Source: the human T2T-CHM13v2.0 reference genome, Homo sapiens
Reading direction: 5' to 3' (one strand)
NCBI RefSeq assembly: GCF_009914755.1
Contig: NC_060937.1
Length of the DNA stretch: 64,000 bases
Shown: positions 45,291 to 59,146 of the stretch, piece by piece
Numbering within the stretch: the first letter of the stretch is position 1
Layout: every line of letters begins with the position of its first letter
Made by a program: the position numbers and the translations under genes
Notes under the pieces: generated by a model
What the model saw: the letters and a program-made list of their open reading frames with translations, nothing else
Databases searched by the model: none
Told to the model about the DNA's origin: nothing

Positions 45291-46081
45291 GTAGGAATTG
45301 TTTACATTTATACCATCCAATTGAAACAAAACCAAACACACACACACACACACACAGATTATATTTCCCTTGTTACAATCAGATGTTCATTTAAAATTAA
45401 CTTGGGTTACATTCGAAGACTTTAAGTAAATAAACATGTCTGAATATAAAAGAATAATTGTTTGATCTGAAAGCACACTATCTTCTTCGTTTTATTTTCT
45501 TTATTGATTGTAACATCTTTAAGGACCTGTAAATAGGCAGCTATTTTATTATTTGTTGGCATCAGCAGGAATGTGGAACTACTTTGCTTGCAATCCTGAA
45601 GAATTCCATTGATGTATTTCATTCTCTGGCATTTTTTTTTTTGCAATATTATTGGATTGTTGAGTGAAGTTGATGTTTGTGTGCACCAAAAATTAACACC
45701 ATTAAACACTCCAATGCATGCTTCAAATTCCTGTCTTGCATCAGAGCCTAAAACCATTTGTAGTAAAAAGCTCAACTGAACAGTGTGGATGGTGAAATAT
45801 ATTAGAGCACAGGAGACATGGATTTCAGTCTTGATAAAGGGACTCTGATGTCTGCCCCAGATGTTTATGTGTGCATATTATAGATACGTAGATTGTCAGA
45901 GATACCTGTGACTGCGAACCTTAATTGAGCTAAGTGATCACTGGAGAGTATAAATTATATGAATTATATAGCCAATTTGGTTTCAATACTATTTGCTTTG
46001 GGATTTCCAGGAAAAACTGAAAGTGGCCTTTTTGTTATGGCTGATCGATTTATTGGAGCCTTCTTTATGGGGGACAGATGA

Positions 46082-46175
46082 GACTAAATTATTTTTTGGT
46101 TTTCTGTATTCATAGAGTTAACCCAACACTTAGGGCTAACTCTATGAATGTAGGAAGCCAAAAAATAATTTAGTC
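46082..46175 (+). repeat. 43-bp-arm inverted repeat (hairpin) with 8-nt loop
   Basis: arms 46082-46124 and 46133-46175: 38 Watson-Crick pairs, 4 G:U, 1 mismatch on + strand RNA. Confidence 0.9.
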
Positions 46176-47859
46176 GAGTTTTACTTCATAAAAATTATAT
46201 GGACTACCCAAAACAGCTGACTCTTTATACTGCTTTTGGAAAGCGAGAAGATAAAGATGATTTAGAGATGTGGGACTCAAAATTACATTTCTTAAGGAAG
46301 CTATTTTAATAAATTTCTTCAGTTCAGTGATATTGCCCTAGTGTCACACTCTTCTGCAGAAAAGAAGCAAAACTCAGCCTGGAGTGGGCCAGAAGGTGTC
46401 AGTGTGTGAGTGTGTTAGGGGGAAGGAGAGGGGAATGGTATGAAAAGTGCTGGAAAGAGGAGCATTTGGGTGCCTGAAGTATTTCACAGAGCACAGTCAC
46501 TTTCTGCCTGTTCGCTTGGATCTCCTAAGGGTACCAAGGAGCTCAGGCCTGCTGTGTTTCCTAAAACTACATGGTATGATGTACTTTCTGATGAATTGGT
46601 TCACTAGCCCTTCTTCCAGAACCTTCTTGCAGAGCAGTTCTTCACCTTTTGCTTTTTCTTCTCTTAACATTATTCTTTGGTTAATTATGTCTGGATTCAG
46701 GTACCTTATAATTCATCCTGCACTTCTCTGCCACCACCGACATAGCCCCACCCCCATACTTCATGGCCTTCTTCTTTCCAAACAACTGGATCCAGGGGAA
46801 TGCCTCACTCCTGCAGCCAGCATTCCTGCTTTGCCCTCTCGTTCTATAAGGTCATCTGGCCCTGGCTGGTAGCTACAGCCACAAACTTATGAGAAGGCCT
46901 CTTGGCTTGAATCTTACATAAGTTGTCCTTTCTAAGATCTTGAGTTGACATAATTAATTTGACAAGGTGGAGTTGTGAAAAGAGCACTCAACTTCAGGGA
47001 GGTGAGTTCCAGTCTAGACTATGTCCTTAACTACCTGTGTATGTTCTCCAAGCTACCTCACTGACCCCTGTGACCCCTCAACTATACCACCTGTTTCTGC
47101 TCTTTCTGTGCCCAGTACTCTCCTTAGGGGCAGCAGCAGAAGAGGGGCGTTTCCCACCCCTCTCCCAACCTCTCCACTAGGGTCTCCAGTGGACAAGTTA
47201 CAGAGTCACCTGCCCAAACTTCGTGCAATACTTACTGGCTACTTGATTTCTAAATCCCCGCTATGTAAACCACGACTCCACCCTCAGTCAGGCAGGTTTC
47301 ACTAACTGACTGATTTTTACAGTGGATGATTTAGAAACTCCACTGGGCCATCAGTTTTCCCACAGTGCCTGCGTACCACCTGAAAACAGAAATGCACACA
47401 GATTGTGATAACCATTCCCATTCTAGCTACGCAGTGGCACGTAAAGAATAGGCATAATAGATGTGGAACCCAATGGTCAGAGAAATTAAGGCACATCTCA
47501 AAATTAATAAACATCAAAACTAAGATTCAGACCTTGGTCTTTTGACTCCAACACTGAAGCTGTTTCTACTCTGTTCCACTTTACTCCATTGTCAACTGTT
47601 ATCATTTGTCTGATGAGATTCAAGACTTGAAGACATGTCAGTGTTCCAATCAGCTTTCACTCTGACCCTTATATACATACAGACAACTTTATCCTCTGCC
47701 TGAAGTCTTGTATTTTCAATCCTGCACCAAATTATTGATTGATTCACTGATCACTTCATTCACAAAATAATCATTTTGTTCTTACATTGTGTTAAGGATA
47801 AAACTTCAAGGATCTAACTGCATATTACCCTTTTTTTTTTTTACCCATTGCTCCTTTAG

Positions 47860-48430
47860 GGCCATCTCACACTGCAGATAGTTACCTAAAATGCACATCC
47901 ACTTGTTTCATTCTCTTGCGTAAAATTCCTCAAGGTTACCACTGCTGTTAGGATGAAGTCCAAACTCTTTAATATGAAGTACAAGAGATGCAAATTCTGG
48001 CCACTGCTTCCATCCCCAGCCTCTTTTCCAGCCCTCCTTCCCCTTGTGTTTCAACAAATTCAGCCACTTTCAGATCCTCATGGTCCTTCACATTTGCAAT
48101 TCTAGTGTAAGTACTGTATACTCTACCTGCACAGTTTCACCCAACCAGTTTCTACCTTGGCTTTGGGGGTCAACTTGACATCCCCTCTTCCAGGAAGTTT
48201 TCTTGATGCCAGTGTTTGGGTTGGGTCCTTTCTGCATCCTTCTCATAACACCTGGACTTTTCCCTATCATAGCACTTATCACACTATATTGTCATTGTCT
48301 GTTTACTTCTCCGTATCTCCCACTTGCCAGTGACCCAGGAATGATATCAGTCTTGTTAACCATTGTATACCTAGTACCTATCACAATGCCAGGCACACAG
48401 TGTGCATTCAATAAATATTTATTCAATTGA
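47860..48430 (+). mobile_element. L2 3' portion
   Basis: caatgccaggcacacagtgtgcattcaataaatattta 3' end. Confidence 0.75.
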
Positions 48431-51400
48431 CTCAAATCACACTGAATGGAATTAACTCCTGGTATACCTTGTGTGCTCTGGCTTCTCCCAGACTCTGTCT
48501 GTGGCATTCTCCCTCACCTCCCAACATACAGACACACATACCACACACACACCCTGCATTTCTGTTATGCCTTTTCTTCCATTCTTCCGCTGGTTAAAGG
48601 CCAAATCCTAGGCTTCTATCTTCTTCCTCTGACCTCCTTTAGTTTTCCTTGATGCCACCTCCTTGACCTCAGGGATGCATTATAGTAACTTTATGTTTGT
48701 ATGAAAACTCTCTGAAAAGCAGAGACTATCTCAGTTGCTTCCTTGCGTGGCTCATTTGTCTAGGAGGGGGGAAATTGCGCAAAGTAGGTATCCCATCAAC
48801 ATCTAGTGGTTAATTAACTGATTTGCTATGAAGCTGTGTCAACTCTGTGGAGCCTATCTGATTCTGGCTCCAAGAAAGAATTAGTTGGTAGATAGAGATC
48901 GCCAAAGGGAAAGGTCTTTATACTGATTTTTATAACAATCTGAACTCCTAGCTGGGGGAAAATGCAGGTATGGCTTATCTTAGTGTGTCATTCATTCATT
49001 ATTAGGATTCTACTATATGCCGGGAACCATTCTAGGCCTTGGAAAGAAAGCAGAAAACCAGACAGTTTCTGGTTTAGGCTGATGGGAAAGAATTTTCCCA
49101 GCAGAGTACCTTGCGTATTGCACACCTCAATAAATATCTCCAGAGTAAAGGAATGAATGACCCTCGTGGTCACAGCAACGAATCTTAAAAGAAGAAACCA
49201 ATATATTTTAAAGTCATATTTATATAAAAACATTAAACTAACATTTTGTTTTCTGTTAAAAAAGCCTCAACAATAGAATGTTAGTGTGAGTTATTTGGCT
49301 GAGGTTCTATGGTCTTGGGTCCTAAGAGACCAGGCCTTAAGAGTCTAGGCCTCTGTAGCAAACAGGCAGCCTGTTTTCTAGTTCCTTCTGAAAGAACTCC
49401 AGCAGCTGAGTTCATAGCAGTGGGCCTAGCTTGGTTTAAGGAAGCAAAAGGGAGAGAGAGAAGTGGTCCTGACACACATCATGCCCACAGGCATATCAGA
49501 TTAAAATGAACATCTCACCCTGCACCTGGAAAAAAGGGGGGCTCAGGCACCATGTGTGATGGGTTGTTCATTCAGCACTCTTAAACCAACAAGTTGGGAT
49601 GTTTAATCAGCTAGTTCTTATACTATCATGCTGATTTTACAATTATCTGTTGTGAAAAGCAAGGAACCATCTGCTTGGAGGAAACAGGCAGCTCCAGGTA
49701 CTTCCTTGTTGCTTAGTCAGAGGACAAGTGTGATGAGGACTGTTCACGACCAAGAGGAAAAGAGAGCCCTGGCCAGGACTCACATAGCAGGAACACCAGC
49801 ATGTAGGCTAACATTGCTTCTCGTTTTTAAGTCAAAGTTCTATTCCAAACACAAGTTGTTTTTTTTCTCAAATCCACAATCTAAAAAACTTACTTAAAAT
49901 TATTTTATTTTTATAATTAAATGGATTTTGAGCATTTCTAAAGTTAGACTGCTGTATTTGTTTTCTTTCTGCATGTAGGTTTTTATTGGAAACATAAGGT
50001 AGTCATAGGAACAATGGTGGCTAGATGCTTTCTGACCTTCCTGCGGGTAAACAGCCTCTGTCAAGGAACTGTAGAGATGGGGGTCTGGTCTGGGTTCCCT
50101 CCTCAGAGCCTCCTCATCACAGCACAGTGAAGGCACTCTGTGATTAGGCGTGTCTCCTTAAGTGTTATGTTCTCTGTTAGAATTCTGTCATTCTGGAAGC
50201 CTGCAGACAGGTGTGTTTGATGACGTTTCAGTGGGGCCTTCAGGAGACATGCAGAACTTATGGTCAGGGCATCCATAAACATGTGCTATGAAGAGAGTGC
50301 CTCCTGAGATTGTATTCAGTGGCCTTAGGTTGCAAATGGGCTCAGTGGTTACAGTTTGTGAGGACAGGAACAGTGTCTTCCTACACTGTGGTATTCCCCA
50401 CAACACTTACCACAGGGTTAGGTGCTTAAGAGCTGGTGAAGTCATCAGGCAAGGTGGAAGACAGACGACGTGCAAGAAGTGTGTCACAGCCACTCAGCTG
50501 GCCACACCCCTGCCCATCTGGTCATGCAGCTTCCTTAAATAGCTGCTTCTCAGGCAGGCCTTGCTCAAGGCCAGAGTCAAGGGAGCCTCAGAGACAAGAG
50601 TTTGAACACTTCCTCTCATGAGAGGACTTCAGCCCAGGGATTTCACAAAGTCAGTATCTGCTTCACAATTGGTTTCATGTTCTGATCCCCCATCTTACTA
50701 AACATGTAATCTGGGACAAGCCACTGGCTCTCTCAGAACCTGTTTCTTCATCTGTGAAATGGGAATGCAAACACCAGTTTCACCAGCTGTCTTAAACCCA
50801 AATGAGATAATGCATAACTACAAAATGATACACAAATGAGGTTGACTGTACTATTCTTATTCCTTGATGGCATTAAAGGTTTTTTTTTTTCATAATTAGT
50901 ACTTTTTCTTTGAATGTGTGAGTGGTAGATGCAATTGGAACCCTTTTGCAACTCTTCTTGGTTGGAAAGTTATCTAAAGTTGCTAATCAGACCCTCTGCT
51001 AATGTAAATTCTATATACTGAGACACTGCTAAACACCCATTAATTTTAACTTTCTCATTAAAAAGGATGACATAGAAACCCTTCTTTGTAGTCAATATAG
51101 ATGTATTTTCTCAAAGTGAATCATTAAACTTAAGGGCTTTGTCATGTGAGGCCTCTGAAAATTGTACAATATTAGAAACATCAATGTCTGTGTTTAATAA
51201 ACTTACTGGTAGCTTTACTGTGTTGAATGTCTCCACCTAATTTTGTTTGTTTAAAACCTTGCTTTTGGAAATTTAGCCCTTCAACTTTTCTTTAACAAAA
51301 TCTTGGAATGAACTTCTGATTTAAAAAAAAAAAAAAAAAGCTTATATATAATGTTGTACATGAGCTCACCACTTGAAAGTAATTTACTTAAATAATGAGA

Positions 51401-51632
51401 TTAAATTTTAAAACCTTTGAGTGTCAACACATTTTTATTTAAAATTTGATATATATGGCCTTTCCTGTTTAAAAATACTGATTAACAAAAACTGAGATAG
51501 CCTGTTTACTTTTTATTTATTTACAATAAATAAATACAATAAATAAAATTTATTTATTTATTGGACAAGTTTACTGAGGATGGAGTTTTTGGTTTTGTTT
51601 TGCTTCGTTTTCTAAAAAAGGACGGAAACACA

Positions 51633-52569
51633 CCCTTTCCTTAGGCGTCCTGCGTCCCCCGATTCCTGCTCCCTGGTTGCCGCGTCCTTGGCTGGCGTCA
51701 GAAAAATGGCTACAAACTTTCTAGTAGGTGAGAAGATCTGGTTCCACAAGTTCAAATATGGCGATGCAGAAAGGAGATTCTACGAACAGATGAACGGGCC
51801 TGTGGCCGGCGCCTCCCTCCAGGAGGCCAGCATGATCCTCCATGATATTGCCAGAGCCAGAGAGAACATCCCGAAATCCCTGGCCGGAAGCTTAGGCCCA
51901 GGGGCGTCTAGCGGCCCCAGCGGAGACCACAGCGAGCTCGTCGTCCGGATCGCCAGTCTGGAAGTGGACAACCAGAGAGACCTGGCTGAACGTGCTGGAG
52001 AAGAGCTTGCCCGGCCACTGGGCCACAGCCCCGCAGACCCAGCACATGTCTCCCATGCGCCAAGTGGAGCCCCCGGCCAAGAAGCTAGCCACACCAGCAG
52101 AGGATGACGAGGACGATGACATTGACCTGTTTGGCAGCGACAATGAGGCAACACAGCTGCGGCATTACCAATGAGGAGCGGCTGCAGCAGTACGCGGAGA
52201 AGAAGGCCAAGAAGCCCGCGCTGGTGGCCAAGTCCTCCATCCTGCTGGACTTCAAGCCTTGGGACGATGAGACGGACACGGCCCACCTGGAGGCCTGTGT
52301 GCGCTTCATCCAGCCGGACGGGCTGGTGCGGGGGGCCTCCAAGCTGGTGCCCGTGGGCTACGGTATCTGGAAGCTGCAGATTCAGCGTGTGGTGGAGGAC
52401 AAGGTGGGGACAGACTTGCTGGAGGAGGAGATCACCAAGTTTGAAGAGTGTATGCAGAGTGTCGACATCGCAGCTTTCAACAAGATCTGGCCTGAGTGTG
52501 TGTGTGTGCCCGCGTGCGTGAGGCCCTGCCACAATTAAAAACTGAGACCGGCAAAAAAAAAAAAAAAAA
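51633..52569 (+). pseudogene. EEF1DP3: processed pseudogene of EEF1D (short isoform)
   Basis: intronless EEF1D translation ([36 protein letters not shown]) across frameshifts; 5' ccctttc TOP; ATTAAA 52534-52539; poly(A) 52553-52569; TSD aaaaaggacggaaaca / aaaagggacgaaaaca. The DP3 label is from memory of the 133-aa product. Confidence 0.92.
51706..52107 (+). CDS. EEF1DP3: residual 133-aa EF1-delta-like ORF (frameshifted after about residue 90; translation unproven)
   Basis: native ATG in aaaaATGg context; N-terminal EF1D match, then a novel tail after a deletion. Confidence 0.3.
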   Translation: MATNFLVGEKIWFHKFKYGDAERRFYEQMNGPVAGASLQEASMILHDIARARENIPKSLAGSLGPGASSGPSGDHSELVVRIASLEVDNQRDLAERAGEELARPLGHSPADPAHVSHAPSGAPGQEASHTSRG

Positions 52570-53335
52570 GGGACGAAAACAAACTTAATGAAGCTATTAG
52601 TGGTAACCTGGTTACTTTTAAGGAAAACTAGAATGCTAATACTATATTATTTATGTGCATGATTTATTAGCAAGGGGGAAACTGTTTTTACCTTTATGTA
52701 GGGACTGATAGTGAGCCCAGTATGAGCAGAAAATGTTAGATTTATAGCTCAACTTTAGATTTTTCTCCTTGTCATGAAAAAAGAATCAAAAAACAGGGTT
52801 CTGAATTCAAGACTTGCCTTATAAGTATATTGAGAAATGACTTGAAGAGATGTGGCCTAAAAGCAGTTCCTTTTCAATTGTTGCTCTATAGCTAATGTGT
52901 AGTTACAGATTTGAGAGCTTCCACATAATTTTCTCTCACATTCCTAAATAATGCTCTAATTATATATTCATATCTGGACTATGAAAATATTTTTATATCT
53001 GTGTAATTTAATATTTACTCAGTATACTCCAGTAATACTTTTTAAGCACTTGTAGTTGTCTGTCTAAGTAATGCTTTTAAAAGTGTTTGAGAGGATAGTG
53101 GCCATCCAGTTACTCAGTTACAAAAGAAATGGCCATACCCAACGTTCTTTGTTTCAAATAATTTGGGGGAAAGTAGCTACCTAAGGAATCTTTGCTTAAG
53201 TATTTAATTGTTATACCTCCATCTTTTTTTATAATCTGGAAGAATATAGATTTGGGAATAGAGGTTTAAAAAATGGGATGAAATGGATAGTTTTTGGTGA
53301 CATGAACGTAAAAACTCTCATTACAAGATGGTCAG

Positions 53336-53867
<532 letters not shown>

Positions 53868-54679
53868 TCATTCTTTTGAGTTAAACAACTGATTGTCAAT
53901 GTACCCTTGAACATCCTGGGAGTTCAAAGCACATAGATGGAGGAACAATAAAGAAGATGTGTATTTTTGTCACTAGATTAGATTTATTGGTGTGTTCTCT
54001 CAGCTATCAAATAACTTCTCTCCCACCTTGACACTTAAGACAGACTAAAGTCATCTTAATGAATAATTAATACTGAATAAAGCTTTAGAGTAACTGATTT
54101 TTATAAGCAAGAAAGAGGCAATTTCAAGATACACTATTTTTAGGTTTTAAGTATCAAAATAGATGCCGAAGGAAAATTAAAGGTATACCTAAGAAAGACT
54201 ACATCTATTCAACAAAAATCTAAACTATGTTGTTGCATGTGTATTGGGTGCAAAACACGGTACAAGGACTCAACAATTGTTAAGACACTGATACACAGTA
54301 ATCTGCTTTCCTATCTAATTTTTTGCTAGGAGAGCAGAATGCTTTAATTTGGGTTTTCCTGCTTCATTGACATCAGTATTTAAGCTTCCCTATTGCACCA
54401 GCTAATGGCAATACTGACACTATGTCATCTGGTAGAGAATCCCTAATTGGCAACGATGTATTTTCCTCCAGGAAAGTACCAGGGGCCTTAGGTGTCCTCC
54501 ACATCAGGGTTTCTTAGTTGGGGGTTTGTATGCTTTTTGTAATTTATGTCTGTTCTCCACACTCTAAAAAACAGCTAAGTGGCAAACGGTCATAAGTCAA
54601 ATATCCCTCCTCAAGTCCCAACTCAGGAACAGTTTCTGGTTTTTTGAGAGTACATTGGAGCCCCTGCATAACAAAAGGA

Positions 54680-54880
54680 ATATTAACTTACCAATTTAGG
54701 GCTGTTGTTTTCAAACGATTGTGCAAATCTGAATTTCTGGAGGAGGTTTTCCAAAATCCACAGGCACTGGCCAAGAGATGTGATTTACCAAGTCTACACT
54801 GGGCCAGGCATCTAACTGCAGTGTGAACATTTTCCCAGGTTCATCTGATGTTGTCCCATCCCCTGGTCAAGAACTACTGA
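54680..54880. mobile_element. MER5B-like fragment
   Basis: tgttgttttcaaac..ttcccaggttcatctgatg..aagaactactg. Confidence 0.45.
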
Positions 54881-55249
54881 CTTAAAGAAAGTGGAAAAGA
54901 TCTTCAAAGATCAAAGTTTATTTGTAAACTATTCTAAGTTTCACGTGTAAGAAGCAGGAGGCAGCTATGCCTGGCAGACCTCTGTTGCTTCCCCTTGCAA
55001 TCCAGTCCCCTTCCACGTACCCACCCAACCACTACCACCCTCGAAGTTTAGTGTATTCTCTGGCAAGAGAGGAACCTGTAATTTGAGTTTCATCATATGC
55101 AAAGTGCCTCTGTGTCCCCACTCATAACTGTAAAAACCAGAACTGCAGAGTGCAGAGGTCCAAACACACCCATATTACGGTCTTTGTTCTAAATCCTGCT
55201 CACACCATAGGGTAAAATATTAGGACTCGCTCTGTGCCTCTCAACCATC

Positions 55250-55965
<716 letters not shown>

Positions 55966-56719
55966 ACAATGAATTTTTTAAAATGGTAACAGTGCCTGTT
56001 AGAGGCAGCTGATTAGAGTAAGTTGGATGAATGAGAAACATTTCAAGGTTTTTAAAAATAAAAGCTCTCAACAATACAGATGATATTATAAAATATAGAA
56101 ATGTTTAATGAAGAAGAGTTAATGAATATCATCGGTGATACTGAGTGCTGCACAGAAACTTCATTACTCAGAATTAGGGTAAACTATAGCTACATATTTT
56201 CTTTTGTTACTGAATCACATCCATATGAAACAAATAGCAATCTGGAAACTTCTCAAAAGAAATATTCTCGAAATGTGATTATTTATAATAAGGATGCCAT
56301 GAATCACTATATAGTTATTTAAACAAAAGGCAAGGCAGTTTTGGAAAACTATAAACATTGCAAAGTTATGGCCTTGTATTTTTTCTTATTTTCTGCTAAA
56401 TTAGAAAGAAATTTGCTGTTTCAAATATACTCAAGCTGTTCAGTTCTTCAACAAAAAGTAGGTGACTGAAAACTGTATGTTTAACTATGCTTAAGTTAAT
56501 ATTTATAGTAATGATAGAAGCCATTTTATTGGCAATATATCACTTCCTGATTTCCACACCAGGCATTCCCACATGCACAAACAGGTGTGTGGGAGGAAGG
56601 GAAATGGGCAAGAATGATTTCCTTCAAGAGGCTACTGAGAATGAAAACTCAAAATCTGCACAAATAGGGGTGGTGGAAGGAGAGAAAGAAAACTCCATGC
56701 CAGAAATAACATGCTTAGC

Positions 56720-56890
56720 AGAGAGAGAGAGAGAAGAAGAAGAAGAAGGAGGAGGAGGAGGAGGAGAAGAGGGGGGAAGGGGGAAGGGGAAGGGGAAGGG
56801 AGAGAGAGAGAAGGAAGGAAGGAGAAAGAAAAGAAAGAGAGAGAAAGAAAAGAAAAGAAGGAAGAAGAGGAAGGAGGAGAAAAAAACAGC
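56720..56890 (+). repeat. GA-rich compound microsatellite / polypurine tract
   Basis: (GA)n(GAA)n(GGA)n(GGGGAA)n blocks. Confidence 0.95.
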
Positions 56891-57152
56891 AGAAATAAAG
56901 TAATGTGGCACCTATATCCACAGACATATCTTCCAGCAGGTAAAGTGTAAAGTAGTTTTTATTTTGAAAAGTTGATTGATACACACAGGGCTAGATAACT
57001 GATAAACTGCAGATAAGAAACTGGGTTTGGTGCTTGCCTGTGGGAAATGAGGATGTTCCTTAAATGTCACCTAGATGGTTAAAAGGAAGGGAAGTATGAG
57101 TGAGTCACTGCCGATTTGATGAGTAAGGGTTCCTTCTTTAAAAGGTTCTTTG

Positions 57153-57469
57153 GGATGGGCACGGTGGCTCACACATGTAATCCCAGCACTTTGGGAGGCC
57201 AAGGTAGGCTGATCACCTGAGGTCAGGAGTTCAAGACCAGCCTGGCAAACATGGCAAAACCTTGTCCCTACTAAAAATACAAAAATTAGCTGGGCATGGA
57301 GGCAGGCACCTGTAATCCCCAGCCACTTGAGAGGCAGAGGCAGGAGAATTGCTTGAACTCGCGAGGCAGAGGTTGCAGTGAGCCAAGACTGTGCCACTGC
57401 ACTCCAGCCTGGGTGACAGAGCAAGACTTCATTTCAAAAAATAAATGAATAAAGTAAAATAAAATAAAA
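57153..57469 (+). mobile_element. AluS
   Basis: TSD aaa(g/t)gttctttg at 57141-57152 and 57467-57478. Confidence 0.9.
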
Positions 57470-58209
57470 TGTTCTTTGAAAGTTCCCAAACATTGAAAAT
57501 AATGATGAATTAACAGAAGATTGAATGAAATGAGATAGTAAGAATCGAAGGTTTCTGTTTCATTCTCCCCACAAAACAACAACAGACTCTTTTATCTCTA
57601 ACCAACTGCTGCCTTTGGAGGTTTTATAGGGATGTTGGCTTCATCATCCAGGCTTTATAACTAATGACGTGACCTGACCTCTCTGGTCAGTTTGGTTATC
57701 TGTAAAGAAATCCTCCTGGGCTAATTGCAAATGTTTCCAGCCCCAGAGTTTTAGTGTTATTGCCTATTTCCAGTTGTAATATTTGTGCTTATTTACTTAG
57801 AAGAAATAAATTAGTTTACTTTTAATTTTTACTGGGGAATGTAAAAAAAAAAGTGCTCCTACTTAAATGTTTAATCTGTTTTGTGATTTATTTCTTTAAG
57901 GGGAATTTACCCAATATTCATTATATAGAAAAAGAGTCATGGCAACATATGAGAACTCCAAAGCATATACATATAGAATAACCTAGCTATTTAATTATGT
58001 AAATTTTAAAAGAAAAACAAAATGTAGTGATAGAAAAGAACAAAATCTCTTGGATCTGGAGAACAAAAGTCTACTAATTGTGTGAACTGTGACCCTTGGG
58101 TTCTTTATCAATTAAACAGGAATCTTTCTGTTTACCAGAGAACAAGAAATGAGATAAAGACATGAAGATCCATTGTGACTGTGGACACTACGATAGGGGA
58201 AAAGTTTCT

Positions 58210-58455
58210 TTTTAAAAAAATTTTAATTGTTGTGGGTACATAGTATATGTTTATATTTATGGGGTATATGAGATGTTTTGATATGGGCATACAATGTGTA
58301 ATAATCACATCAGGGTAAATGAGGTATCTTTCACCTCAAACATTTATCCTTTGTGTTATAAACAATCCAGTTATACTCTTTTAGTTATTTTTAAACACAC
58401 AATTGAATTACTATTGACTGTAGTCACACTGTCATGCTATCAAATACTAGATATT
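58210..58455 (-). mobile_element. L1MA 3' end
   Basis: gtgggtacatagta..ataatcacatcagggtaaatg..caatccagttatactcttttagtta. Confidence 0.85.
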
Positions 58456-59146
58456 TTTGTGTAAAGATAGTGCTAACAGACTGATGCTTTGTTTTCTGGC
58501 AAGGGGAGTGCCTTCATCTTCATCCACTCACACTTTCTCTCCTGACCTCTCTTCTGACTTTTGCCACAATTTCCTTATGTCTGGCCACATTTGGAGTTAC
58601 CATTTTTGCTCATGCAAAACAATATTTGTTGTTGTTACAACAACACTAATCAGCCCACAGAAGGATTTAATCGTTATTTGTTTTCATTAATAGCTTCTTC
58701 CAGACACCCAGGTGTATCTGCCAAAAGTGAAGTAGTAAAGGCCCCATGAAAATGCTATACAAACCCTTTTAATTTTACTGACTTTGACTTCCTTTCTTAT
58801 CGGGGAATTCCCAGTCTCCGAAGTTTTGTTTATGCATGCTGCAGTTTCCAAGGGTGACTGCAGTGAACTGGAAAAGTTCTATCTGAAGCCACTTTCACTT
58901 GTATGAGGTTCAACAGTCATTCAGAGAAGTGAAGCCCAGTTAGGTTTTTCTGCAGGAGCACCTGAAGGTTCTGCTTACACTAAATCTTTGGAGTTAGGTA
59001 GCCTTCAACACCTAACAGCAACTACTGTGCTTCCCATTACAATTATTTATGCCTATGTTACTTTCACATTTAAATTATTAGTATTATATATCAATGTGTA
59101 GATACAATAGGGATAATACCCAGAAACATATAAGCCATGTGCACAA

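Noticed and set aside
51780-52532. 250-aa minus-strand ORF
   Set aside because: Antisense shadow of GC-rich EEF1D codons; no independent homology
52104-52538. 144-aa ORF containing the EF1 GEF domain
   Set aside because: Frameshifted fragment of the pseudogene with the stop codon lost; not a separate gene
56624-56984. Minus-strand F/S/P/L-rich ORFs
   Set aside because: Products of the GA microsatellite
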